DNA of 64,000 nt, taken from the human T2T-CHM13v2.0 reference genome, Homo sapiens. The stretch lies in NCBI RefSeq assembly GCF_009914755.1, contig NC_060927.1; one strand, 5' to 3'. Positions 38,351 to 53,930 of this stretch are shown here, one piece after another. Position 1 is the first letter of the stretch. The number at the start of each line of letters is the position of its first letter. The notes beneath the pieces are model-generated. The model had not been told where the DNA came from. It searched no databases and saw only the letters and a list, made by a program, of their open reading frames with translations. The translations under genes were made by a program, and so were the position numbers.

Positions 38351-38841
38351 TCTGTGTATGTCTTCTATGGTCTGGAGCACTGGCTTAGCATCCCAGCACT
38401 CTACAATCTTAACATATGAGTAATATAAAGTAAAAAATAAATGCAGCCAATGAAGTCCTATGTGCACTATGATTCATTTTGCAAAACATACACAAATATG
38501 CACATTTGCACGTGCATGTGTGCACATGCACACACTTATGAAGGAAACCAGGAATGAAATATACAAAAATGTTAGCAGGCTAGGTAGTGGAGTAAGGAGC
38601 GATATTTGTTTTTTCTTTATATTTTTCTGTGCTTTCTAAGTTAGTTACAATGAACTTAGTTGTAACTGTAAATGAGCATTGATTCTAAATTCTAAATGAG
38701 TTGATTTTCCATGAGCATTTGGAATCAAACATAAATTATTTAGAAATACATTAGTGGAACTACTATACAAAAATAATGAATGAAATGCACACTTACTTTT
38801 GATCCCTCTAGAAAACTTACTTAAAGGAGAATAAATGAATT

Positions 38842-38940
38842 TTGTTTTTTTTTGAGATGGACTGTCACTCTGTCGCTCAGGCTGGAATACAGTGGCACGA
38901 TCTTGGTTCACTGCAAGCTCCGCCTCCCGGGTTCACGCCA
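38842..38940 (-). mobile_element. 5'-truncated AluY (~100 bp)
   Basis: ctgcaagctccgcctcccgggttcacgcca; 20-bp TSD. Confidence 0.9.
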
Positions 38941-39141
38941 TAAAGGAGAGTAAATGAATTATTTTTAAGGATATAAACATATGAGGTCAAATAGAATAGG
39001 AATGGAAAGCTGAGAGTCCACCAAAGTTATACCACTGAACTCCAAAGGCTCAGAAATTGATTGTGCCAACTACCTGTATGATGAGAGGAGGGGGAAACAG
39101 GGCCTAAAAGTGGGAAAATTGGTTGAAAGTAAGGTTGTAAA

Positions 39142-39509
39142 TGCATTAGTCCATTTTCATGCTGCTGATAAAGACATACACGTGACTAGGCAATTTACAA
39201 AAGAAAGAGGTTCAATTGGACTTACAGTTCACGTGGCTGGGGAGGCCTCATAATCATGGCATGAAGGCAAGGAAGAGCAAGTCATGTCTTAACGTGGATG
39301 GCAGCAGGCAAAGAAATATTTTGCAGGGGACTCCTCTTTTTAAAACCATCAAATCTTAAAACCATCAAATCTTATGAGACTTATTCACTATTGGAGAATA
39401 GCATGGGAAAGACTTGCCCCCACGATTTAATTACCTCCCAGTGGGTCCCTCCCCAAACATGCGGGAATTCAAGATGAGATTTGGGTGGGGACACAGCCAA
39501 AACATATCA
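39142..39509 (-). mobile_element. THE1 (THE1B/C-like) solo LTR
   Basis: Termini TGATATG...TAATGCA on the minus strand; 5-bp TSD gtaaa/ataaa. Confidence 0.9.
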
Positions 39510-39959
39510 ATAAATAGGTGAGAGTCTCTGATGCCCCCTCTACTCCTTGCACTAGGTGACAGTTCCTCTCCAACCCAGCCAGAAGAGGGATGGTTCCCTC
39601 ATCAGACACATTCTCTGGACTGGGGATGCCAGATAGAAGGAGGAAGAAGTGAATGCTTATATTCTGAATTTTGAGAATGCCGGTCTTTTTCTTCTATCTT
39701 ATTCCAGAGACTTGCAGTCAGGCCCATGTCCATGAGGCAGGAGATTTGTCACCCCTTCTCTGAGGAATCAGACTACATCAAATATTAGGATAGAAATGCT
39801 AAAAGTTTTGATGTCAGGGGTTCTCCCTATAAAACATTCCAGGCCTGTAACTCTACAGTGATCCTTGTAATACATACACCCTGCCAGCTGACTTGAGCCT
39901 TACAATCAACTATTGTTTGGTCCCTAACTTCTGAATATAAGATAACCAAAAATCACCAT

Positions 39960-41460
<1,501 letters not shown>

Positions 41461-41481
41461 CTTCAAATACTGAGGTAACCA

Positions 41482-41799
41482 GGCAGGGTGCGGTGGCTCA
41501 CGCCTGTAATCCCAGCACTTTGGGAGGCCGAGGCAGGCAGATCACTTGAGGTTAGGAGTTCGAGACCAGCCTGGCCAACATGGTGAAACCTTATCTCTAC
41601 TAAAAATACAAAAGCTAGCTGGGCATGGTGGCGCACACCTATAATCCCAGCTACTCGAGAGGCTGAGGGCAGGAGAATGGCTTGAGCCCAGGAGGCGGAG
41701 GTTGCAGTGAGCTGAGAGTGTGCCATTGCACTCCAGCCTGGACAACAGAGCGATACTCTGCCTCAAAAAAAAACCAAAAACCAAAAACCAAAAAACAAA
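41482..41799 (+). mobile_element. AluS
   Basis: Consensus match. Confidence 0.93.
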
Positions 41800-41922
41800 T
41801 ATGGGAGTAACCAAAATTATGACATTGAGAGGCTGAGGACATGGTGGTGAGTGGGGGGTGGGGTGGTTGGGGAGGGTAGGGTGGGTCAGACTAGGAAAAT
41901 CAAGAATAGTTATTTCAAGATA

Positions 41923-42021
41923 TGAACCTGGGAGGCAGAGGTTGCAGTGTGCCGAGATCGCAGCACTGCACTCCAGTCTGGGCGACAGAGAAAGATTCCA
42001 TCTTAAAATAAAATAAAATAA
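41923..42021 (+). mobile_element. Alu 3' fragment
   Basis: Right-arm end with (TAAAA)n tail. Confidence 0.85.
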
Positions 42022-42160
42022 GAACCCAAATATTAAAGTTTAAAAAGTCAGGGATAAGAAATATTGAGGTGGCATTAATATTTTCCTCTTGTACTCCAGT
42101 GTATCATATTTTACATAAAAGTCCTGGACCCAGGGTCTCATACTTCTTGGGAGGCAACTG

Positions 42161-42559
42161 GATTGATTGATTGATTGATTGATTGATTGTACTTTAAGTT
42201 CTGGGTTACATGTGCAGAATGTGCAGTTTTGTTACATATGTATACACGTGCCATGGTGATTTGCTGCACCCATCAACCCATCACCTACATTAGATATTTC
42301 TCCTAATGTTATCCCTCCCCTAGCCCCCCACCCCCTACAGGCCCCCTTGTGTGATGTTCCTTTCCCTGTGTCCATGTGTTCTTATTGTTCAACTCCCATT
42401 TATGAGTGAGAACATGTGGTGTTTGGTTTTCTGATTTTGTGATAATTTGCTGAGAATGATGGTTTCCAGCTTCATCCATGTCCCTGCAAAGGACGTGAAC
42501 TCATCCTCTTTTTATGGCTACTTAGTATTCCATGGTGTATATGTGCCACACTTTCTTAA
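42161..42559 (-). mobile_element. 5'-truncated L1PA 3' end with (GATT)7 tail
   Basis: L1 3'UTR match; TSD gggaggcaact at 42149-42159 and 42560-42570. Confidence 0.93.
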
Positions 42560-43291
42560 GGGAGGCAACTAGTTTAAGCCAATTGCAGTCATTCCATTCC
42601 TCTTGTTAGAGATTGCTATAGGTCGGGGCATGTGAAGCAGCTCTGCCTTTCAAGATGTTAAGAAAAGGCTTATTGAGAATTTCTGAGAAGTTTTTCCTGG
42701 CTATAAAGACGGACACAAGACAGGTACTTTTCCCTTCTTGTCTTTAGCTGTTTTCAAATGTGGACATGATGCTTGACCCTGCAGTGGCTTTCTTATGACC
42801 ATGAGAAGAGAAAACTGGAGGATCACAGAGAAACAGTAAGAGCACTGACATTGTTGAACTGCTGAATTAACCAAACCTGGAATTTCTCCTTCCAGTCTCT
42901 CTTTTGTATGAGGTTTAAGGGCATTAAATGGAACTTTTTCTTCTTCAGTTTCAGTTATGGCATGAAAACAATATTCAAAGCAGGTGGCGAAGATCTGATT
43001 ATAAGTTCTTGAACCCCTTACATATCATGGATATATAGGGTTAGTGAAATATATTTCCTAAAGAGAACGGGTAAATATTGCTTCCTCCTTTACCTCTAGT
43101 CAATATAAAGGGTCTTTAAGAAGATCTAGGCACGTGTCCCCTGCAGCGAGGGGAACAGAGGGCCAGTGGCTGCTCCTGATAGGACAATTGAAAATGTGAG
43201 AGATGAGCCCCACAGTAGAGGTGGTCAGAGTTGGCATGGGCCTGCAGTCGCAGAGATTTTGGGGCAAAAGGAAGAATGAGACTCTCCCAAG

Positions 43292-43827
43292 TGCTATGGT
43301 CTGAATGTCTGTGACCCTCTAAAATTCATATGTTAAAACCTAACCCCCCAAGGTGATGGTATTAAGAAGTAGGGCCTTTGGAAGGTGATTACATCATGAG
43401 AGCAAAACCCATGTGGATAGGATGAATACCCTTTTAAAAGAAGCCTGAGGGAAGTTGTTTTTCCTCTTCTACAGGGGATGGAGGGGGATGCATCATGAAA
43501 AAGCCATCTATGAGGAACAGGCCTTCAGCAGATGCTGAATCGGCTGGCAAAGTGATCTTGGACTTTCTAGACTCCAGAAGTGTGAGCAATAAACTCCTAC
43601 TGTTTATAAGCCACCTATTTTTTAAAAAATTATTTTTTTATTAAAAATTTTTTTTGTGGAGATGGGGTCTCACATGTTGCCCAGGTTGGTAATGAACTCC
43701 TAGCCTCAAGTGAGTCTCCCATCTTGGCTCCCCAAAGTGCTGGGATTACAGGCATTAGCCACCATTCCCAGCCCCAAGCCACCGAGTTTATGGTACTTTC
43801 TTATAGCAGTCTGAATGGACTGAAACA
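43292..43827 (+). mobile_element. MaLR LTR (MLT1A/MST-like) with a nested minus-strand Alu monomer (~43618-43773)
   Basis: tgctatggtctgaatgt start, ggactgaaaca end; aagccacc duplicated around the monomer. Confidence 0.82.
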
Positions 43828-45937
43828 CCAAAGATTAGATGTGGGTTATACAAGAGAGAGAGAAAGAGATAGGGAGTGGCAGTGGGACGGGGTGAGCTAT
43901 AGGTGATAATCTGGAGTCTGGGGCCATTCTAAATGTGTCCAAGTGAGGGCCATCTGGAAGGGCAGTGGGACCACAACTGAGAGAGACCGTGAGGAATGGC
44001 TGATGAAAAATTCTGAAGCAGAGAAAAATGGTCAGAGGGAGAGGAAAATGCTTCACCTACATCATAGGAAGTGCCTGTTTTCATTGGTGGTTTCTGAATA
44101 AACTATGAAAATCCCCAAGAAGAAGACTCACTTTTCATCGATGGTCAGATCTCATGTAATCATGTGAGAGTAACAGTCACAGTGCCAGTCAAGTAAGAAT
44201 TATTCTCTTTTCCTTTACCATCTTCTCTCCCAGCTGCTCAGGCTGGTTTGGCCCTGAAGAAAGTCAACAAGCATGACCAGTAGGATTAAGAAGGAGGGAC
44301 GGAGATGAAAGAGGAGGAAGGACAGCAGTTTGTGCCCTTTCTCCAGCTTCCTGCCTTCAGAAGCCCCCAGCATTAGGAAGGGAGAATGTCGTAACTTAAA
44401 ATCGTATTCAAAGCTGTGATTATTATCTAGGGTGGGAAATGTTTAATTATGAAGCTTGAACAAGTTTTCAAACTTAAATGACTCTAAATCATTTATCTAT
44501 CATCTATGTATGTATGTATGTATTTATGTATCTATCTATCTACTACCTATTAATTTAGCCTAAGAGTTGTTAGAAATATCATGAGTGCCTGAGTGTCTGA
44601 GTTTTCATCCAGTGGCATGAACAAAAGTTTCCATATTGAATACATCTTAATAAGAGACTAAAATGCCTTTAAATAAAGGTACTGTCTAATTACACACCTT
44701 ACGGTCTCATTGCTCAACATACTGGTTATTTATTTTATACCACAGTTAGTTGGAGTTCTGTGGCTAACAGCTAGAAGCATCCTAATTAATATGTTGGTTT
44801 TCCCATGGGGTTACCACATAATAAAGAAATAATATTATAGTCCACACTATTGTATTTTAAGCTGTAACGTTTTATTAGATTATTATTTATTGATAAGTAT
44901 TACTTAATGATAATTGAGTCATGTCAGGAAAACAGAGTTACAAAGTTATCAAGTATTTTAATCTTAATAACGCCAAAAAGGAAGTAATAGGATACATAGG
45001 AAGTATAAAATGCTTTAATGCCTTAAGAAAGAAGGATATGAGCTATATGAAGACAATTCTTCCTAACAGGATTGTACATGTATATTGTATTGTCCACATT
45101 CATACTACATATTTTATTTCTGTGTCATTGCTAGTTTTGAAGGATTTATAATTGACAGATGGTACCAAATGCAGCTTTCTCCCCTTTGCCTATTGTGAAG
45201 AGGAGACCTTTGCCAAAATTTCACAATATGAAAATTGCTCCTGTTTCCTAAAGGGCAAAAATGAATCACTTTCTTTTTGGATTAGAAACAAGTTCAGGAT
45301 GGCACAGAAATACATTGACATGAACTACTTGCCGGAGTGCTGACATCCAATGCTGTATATATTTTTGGGAGAAGATTTCTGGCTTTTCACCATAGAATCA
45401 CTGGTTACCAATGTGTTAAAATTGGAGTCAAGGCACTTTAGGTCTTCTTACATGGAGTTAAGAAAATTTAAAGCAATTTTGTAAATGAAGAATTTCACAA
45501 TGCATGTCTATTATTGCTCTTTCATTCCCAATCTAATCATTGTTAAAGTGTTCTAAGTTTCTTCTACAGTAGTCGAAGAAAGGAATAACTTGGTTTGAAA
45601 GGGAATATCAAAACACTAGCTCAGTTTCTTTTCATCTAAATTCTAATTGTCTTTTAAGACCCATACAAAGTACCACTTCTTCCAGAATTTTTTACTTTTA
45701 GCAATGCATACTGCTTTGGTATTTGACTTTTATTTTCTTTCTAATTAATTTTGTTCTCTGTTTAATTTATGTAGCATTGCCTTCTCAACGTGTTTGTGTG
45801 TATTACAATTTAGACATAGCTATTTATGATAGAGATAGGGTATCATAAATATATCTGTGTCTAAATTATGATAGACATCCTCATAACTAGTACCATATCA
45901 CATCAGGCATATTTTAAGTCTTCCGTGAAGTTTAATG

Positions 45938-46090
45938 TGGTGGTGCGCACCTGTAGTCCCAGCTACTTAGGAGGCTGAAGTGGGAGGATAGCTAGAGCCC
46001 AGGAGTTGGAGGCCACAGTAAACTATGATTGTGCCATTGCACTTTAGCCTGGGCCACAGGGTGAGATCCTGCCTCTGAAAAAAAAAAAAA
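45938..46090 (+). mobile_element. Alu right monomer (FRAM/AluJ)
   Basis: Consensus match. Confidence 0.85.
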
Positions 46091-46534
46091 GAAGACCTCA
46101 GTAAGCCCTGATTTTGAAAGTAATCCATTTTCTAGGGAATCAGTTCTGATGAGGAAATGTTATTAATTCAATAACCATGCTAATGAAATAGTTCATAAGA
46201 TAGTCATGAGCTACCATTTTTTTTTTGCCCTCAAATTCTGCTAAAAGCTCTCATTGTCTCCCTGTCTGTCTCAATCATGCTGCCTTTCAATCAATCCTCC
46301 ACACTGAAGCCAGCATTTGTTTTTAAACCAGCAAACTTGATTACGCCACTCCTCTGACTCAAACCTTCCAGTGGCATCTCATGATCTTCAGTATAAAAAT
46401 CAGAGTGTTTGGCTGCCCCCTAAGGCCCTGTTCTCTGACTCATTTCTTTCTCCAGCAAACACTTCAGCCTTGCTGTGGCATCCTTCTTCAGTGGCTATAT
46501 AGGCATTTACTCTGCCTAGCTGACCTGTCCCTCC

Positions 46535-46981
46535 CTGTTTTGGGGCTGAATTTTGTCCCACCCTGCCACCCAATTCATTTGTTTAAGTCCTAACCCCCAG
46601 TACTTCAGAATGTGACTATATTTGGAAATAGTGTCATTGTAGATGTAAATAGTTAAGATGAGGTCACACCAAAGTATCACAGGCCTCTAATTCAATGTGA
46701 CTGGTGTCCTTATAAAAATGAGAAGTTTGGACACCAGGGTAAGCACACGGAAGACTGCCATGTGAAGACTGGAGTTATGCTGCCATAAGCTAAGGAACTA
46801 CCAGGAACTAGGAGAAAGCTCTGGGACAGATTCTTCCCTAGAGCCTATAGAGAGAACATGGTGATGCTGATACCTCTATTTTGGAATTCTGGCACCCAGC
46901 ATTGTCAGACAATACATTTCTATTGCCCTGAGCTACCCAGTTTGTGGTACTTTGTTATAGCAGCCCTAGGAAATTAATATG
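46535..46981 (+). mobile_element. MLT1B/C LTR inserted in an L2 relic
   Basis: cctaacccccagtacttcagaatgtgactatatttggaaata...gcagccctaggaaa. Confidence 0.85.
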
Positions 46982-48843
46982 CCCTCCTTCCACTTGATTA
47001 ACTTCTACTTGTTGTTCAATAGTTGGCTCAAATATCATCTTTTAGGAAGCCTTTCCTGCCATCTCCAGACACCCTGGGGTCCCCTCTGTTTCTCTCTTTA
47101 TATGTCTTGCGTTTTGCCCACTGGTTTCTTTGTTTGTGTCTCAACATGATCTGTGTCTTGTTCATCTCTTTATCCACAGACCCTTGCATAATTGTCTCAA
47201 TACACGTTATTGACTTTAGTAACATCTCTATGGAGAAACTCGTAGGAATACGGTAACATTTATTTTATAAAGGGAGATCCAGAGGTATAAAAAGCTGGAG
47301 TGAAAGTAAATTAATCAAGGTCATTTGACATCTCTATGGCACAGCCAAGAGCAATCATCTACATCTGGAGTTTAAAAATCAGGAGATTTTGGAGACTTCT
47401 AAAACCTCTCTTTGCAGATGTGAAAGCTGAGATCCATTCTGTTAGATATAAATGGCTCCTTATCTGCATAGAAGAGTCCAGGATAAAAAGGAGTTCATTC
47501 CTGAGGATGCATATGAAACTATTAATAATGTTAGGAAATTCTGAGAAATTTAAATGAAGACTCAGAATGTAGACTTATCCCCTAATGTAAATTCTTTATT
47601 ATTTGTTCCTTAGAAACCCAAAGAAGTGTGGCTAAACATCATTTAGAATGACTGTTAACATGCTATTTTTCTCAGCTTTCACTGGTCAGAATTTAGTTAA
47701 CAACTTTATAAGACAGTAGAAAGCTCAAATGGTCATTTTAAAGTTGCAACTAGAATTTAAGAATCTAATTGGTCCAATTTAAGGCTTTTTTGATGATAAT
47801 ACTAATATTGATAATAATATGAATCAGAATTCTAATGTCTCTTAATACAAATTAGTAAAGACTCTGGCTTTCACTGGGTACCTAAGAATTTTCTGCTTTT
47901 GGTCTGTTGGCCTCAGGAAATTCACTATGGATCTCGTTGAAAAACAAAATGGAGAAGAGTAGAGGATCACATTTGTGTCATAAGCAAATCCTTTATAAAT
48001 CATCAAGAGACTGCATAGATGGCCACAAAGAGATTTTGTAAAGGGTTTTATACAACTAAAATCAATTCATCCACTTTATCTGTTTTGAACATACTAGGGA
48101 TGCAACTAGAGATGTCACTAAGAGTTAGAGCTGCTTGGAAACTTTAAGGTGTCAATTGACCATATTTTTAGGTGCAGAAATGTTACATGGACACACCACA
48201 GATTCACCAGTGATTTACTTTTTTAAATCTCCAACAAATGGACCCAGGAATCTACAAGGGAATAAAAATATCATGAGAGCAAAGCTGAGTTGAAGCAGGG
48301 TAACTCAAAATCAATATTTTGCTTTTAAACTCTTAAGGGGAGACCCAGGAGGGCTGCACTCACTTTGTCCTCCTTACTTATTATCCTCAGAGGATGGGGT
48401 AAAAAGTGACAAGCCTGCTCCATACTTCAGGCAGGACATTCTTCACTAACAAGCCACTTGTTAGAATTCTGAGCTTCAATTTCCTGACGAGTGGCTTTTT
48501 AATAGCTATGCTATCAGTTGCTGGTTAAAAAAAAATCACACTTACTTTCTATATCATATAGGTGGCATTTTGTATTTTGGGAGTAGGCAAAGAACAGTCA
48601 GCAGCAAACGTGATGGGAAAAGGGGGATCATCTTGTTAAGCTACACCTGTGTAATAAAGGCAGTGGAAACACCACCCAACAGCTTGACTGAGTTTTTTGC
48701 TAGGAATTAGAATTCCCTGTTATTTAAATCAAACGATTTTCTGTCCTTGTACACTGAGAAGCAAATACTTTACATTTTCATTACTTTGCTGGTGCTTTCG
48801 ATTGAGTCAAACAGTAAATTGAGGAGGCAGAGGATTTTCTTTA

Positions 48844-49287
<444 letters not shown>

Positions 49288-50039
49288 TTAGAAATCAAAG
49301 CTGCAGGTCTTGACTTGGTGTGAAATGTCCCCCGAACACCTAACTCCTCGACCCATTGCCTTGCATGTAGTGCTTGCTCCATATGGACTTAGCAATTTTC
49401 TTCACCAAAATGGTAGGAACAGATGAACTCACTGGCTCAAATTTTCCTATTTTCAAGAAGCATGGAGCAAAATGGGTAAAGAACAGATCAAAGTAAATTT
49501 ATTTACATATAATGAGATTTCGCTGTGTAGCAGTCAGAGTCCAAGCAGGAAAACAGAAACTATAACAGTTATGCTAATGGAGAGAATTTAATATGTGGAA
49601 TTAGTTTTACAGATTTGTGCAACTGAAAAAAAGCGGAAAGTAATAGTTGAGGTAATGCAATGATTGTAACTCCAAAAAGCAGCCGTGACCCGTCAGACTG
49701 AGGAAACAAAGAGATGTGGTTAGGGTTATTTATTGGAACATGGAAACTTGAAAGAGAGGCCCTGTGATATTGAAACCTGGATCTTTGTGAGACAGTGGAT
49801 ATGCTGACAGAAAAGAGGGCAAACAGGAAGGAAGCACTCTCACCCCTACCCCTTACACTCCCACCTTCCAGTCTTTCGGTGTCTATCATATTGGCAGAAC
49901 CTAACAGGCAGCCAACCTGGAAAGAAGAAAGGAAATCTCAGGATCTCTAGGCCCAGCGTCACAAAACATAGTTTAGAGTAGTAGGTTTTAACTAAAGGAC
50001 AATTGCTTAATAACTGGCCACTTCAATCCTAGCATCTAA

Positions 50040-50370
50040 TCCAACAGGATAGACATATTATGCTGCAATAAACAACTCCTGGACCTCGATGGCCTCAGAC
50101 AACAAAGGCTTACTTTGCAGTGACACTTCTCATTCATAACTCATGGGCACAGGCCAATGCAGCAGCCACCGCCTGAATCATTGGTGGTTTTGATGGCAGA
50201 GGTAAAGTGAGCAGTACTGTGTTGTGCGCTGGTTCTTAAAGCTTCTGCTCAGAAGTGACACGTGTCACTTCTGTTCAGATTTCTTTGGGCAAAAGAAGTC
50301 ATATGGACATTTCAGATACCATGATTGAGGGGAAGTGCAGTCCTACTACTTAGAAGGACCAGAAATATTC
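50040..50370 (-). mobile_element. Old MLT1 (K/L-like) LTR relic
   Basis: ttatgctgcaataaacaac...gcttctgctcagaagtgacac...cacttctg. Confidence 0.55.
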
Positions 50371-51517
50371 GGTTGATAGGGGAAATCGATATGATTAGGC
50401 AAATTTTAATAACAGAAACTTTTGTGTAGTTGACTTATAAGATTGAAAAAGCAAGTCAAGCAGTAAGATACTTCTTTTGCGTATAAGGACCATGTAAGGT
50501 AAATTTTCAGATGTAATAGAAATGAAAACATACAAGTTTTGTATTGAAATGAAGGTAACTTAAAACCTTTTAAAACCGTTTCTAAATCTAGAAAATTACT
50601 AAACTACAAAGAGTTACAGCAATAGTTTTTAAAGTACATTCAATTACTTTGCCCTCAACGTAAAACCTTTTTACTCTCAAGCGTGTAAAGCAATTTTTTC
50701 TTTTCTTTCTTTTTTCCCCAACTTTTAAACAAACTGAAATCTATTAGCACACTATTGGAAAAATGAATTCAAATGTATTTATTGGTTTGAGTGTGAGATA
50801 AAAATAATTTGGAGACAGCAGATCTAGAAAAAACATAAACAAGTAAAAAAACCTCTATTCTGTAAACTTCATGTGGGCAGGAAACAGATATCTAATTCAC
50901 TGTGTTACAGGCAGCCTCTTGTTCAGTGTGTGGCACATGGCACATAGTAGATAGTCAATAACATTTGCTCTGAGACAGTGTCATAAACGTTATGAGCATG
51001 AAGCTTCCAAGGTATCGTGGAAGTCCACAGGAGCACCCAAAGCTGATCTGTATGGGTAGAGGAGAATCCTAGAGGGACTGGGAAGAGGAGGAGGTAAGTA
51101 GGTGGCCACAGCTGTAGGAGAAGGAAAAGCCACCTGGAATTTTCCTGATACGTGCACTGAAAGGACACTAGGCTGTTGGGATGGGGCAGGAATGGGGAAA
51201 AGGAAGGGTAAGCTGGGCCATGGTCAGTGACACACTCAGGATTTTAATTGCTTTCTGAGTTAGCCAGCAATTTATATTTTACTGAGGAACAATTTATTTA
51301 ACAGAAAAGCTAAGTAGTATTCACCACTACATACTGCTAAGATGTGCATAAAGATAAAAATATTTCAAGACTGGATTGTTGAGTGAAACGCAGGAATAGA
51401 AAAATCACGTGGGAATTTTTAAAATGGCTAAAGTCCATCTATGGCATCGAAGTGTATGTATAATCCACAATCAACATATGTAGAGGGATTGTGTAAGAAT
51501 TTAAAGAAACTAACGCA

Positions 51518-51833
<316 letters not shown>

Positions 51834-52796
51834 TAAATTACTATATAATACAAATGGATTCATTTTCTAAAACTATAAACAGTACAGACAAACTAAAGTT
51901 CTTTAGCCACCCCACATTGAAATTCCATTATAATATAAACATTGTTATGAGTCATTTATCTCTCTAGGTTTTTCTATGCATTTGTAAACATACAAGTAAA
52001 CTTACAGAAAAATAGAGTTACAATGTGTTTTTTTCAAACATAAGTTACATCCCACTTGTTTTTTCTCTTCAAGTTACTCTTTTCCCATTTAACATCATGT
52101 CTTGGAGAATGTTTCATGTTAGCAGTCTAGATCTGTTTTAATCTTTTAAATTGTGAAATATGAGTGTGACATCATGTATTCCATTCTTCCACTGTTAGAA
52201 ATCGAAGTTGTTTCTAGTATTTAGCTATTACAAACAATGTTAAAATGAACAAACTTCTGCGCTTAAAGAATTTACATTCCAATTGGGAAAGAGACAATAA
52301 AAAAAATGAAAAGTTTTTTTAAAAAAGGATATTAGAAAATTGCAAGTTTTCAGAAAATAATAGATGTGAAATGTCAGATTTTGTGTGCAGGGTGTGTAGT
52401 TACATTTTAGGTAAGGAAAAGTTTGCTTGAGAAATGATTGCTGATAAGATTTGAAGAAAGTGAGGGAATGACATGTAGCAAGGCTCTGTGTCTTTCCTAT
52501 TTGGCTGGGAATCCTTACCATCTCTGAAATCTCATCAGCTTCACTGGAATTATTTGTAAGCTATAAATAAGGGCCAGTTTAAGTATTTTTAAAGTACTAC
52601 TCTATTATAATAAACATGGTCTTAATCTTTGCCAAATTTTGTTTTTTATGATTATTACTTTTTCAGTTTTTTGCCTTGGTTAGCCACCATTTGTCAGCTC
52701 ACCTTATTTATTTATTTATTTTGTTTGCTAGATATGCCTTTCCAATTTTGCTAAGAATAATGAGCTTTTGGATTCCCAATTGAGATCTGTGTCTAG

Positions 52797-53120
<324 letters not shown>

Positions 53121-53589
53121 TGTGTGCAGTGTTTTCATTTCAAAGGTGTTTCTACCTATTTGAGGTTGGCCAAAATAATTGAATCATATACTTGCAGCAT
53201 ATATATTCTATCCATTAATCTAGGAAACTGGGTCTTGACATATTGGGTCACAGACTCCATTGAAATCTGATGAAAAATACGGATAATCTCCTTGAAAAAT
53301 ATACACATTCTCACCCCCATCCTCTCCTCCCCACCCCAGATTTTGCATCTGACATCAACAAGTTCAGAAATAATTAGAAGTCCAAACAGATCAGGGTCCA
53401 AGGACCTTATGTTAAAATCCAAACCAAACCAACGAGAAAACTTTTCTGAGACTCTAAAATCTATCTCTATTATAAAAGGGACCAGTGGAGAACTTTGTAG
53501 CTGAATCACATGTCATGAGGCCTTTGAATGACTGCCTTATTTTACCTGTGTTTTAGCATAAAGCTGGAAGCTTATAATGAGAAGTGAGA

Positions 53590-53930
53590 TTTATTCATTT
53601 ATGTATTTATGTATTTATTTATGTATTTATTTATTTATTTATTTTTTAGAGATGGGGTCTTCCTCTGTTGCCCAGGCTGGAGTGCAGTGGTGCGATCTTG
53701 GGTTACTACAACCTCTACCTCCTGGGCTCAAGTGATCCTCCCATCTCAGCTTCCCAGTAGCTGGGACTACAGGTGTGCGCCACCACTCCCAGCTAATTTT
53801 TTGTGTTTCTGGTAGAGGCTGGGTTTCACCATATTGCCCAGGCTGATCTTGAACTTCTGAGCTCAAGCAATCTGCCCGCCTTGGACTCCCAAAGTGCTGG
53901 GATTACAGGTATGAGCCAACACACCTGGTC
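53590..53930 (-). mobile_element. AluJ with (TATT)n tail
   Basis: TSD tgagaagtga. Confidence 0.92.
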
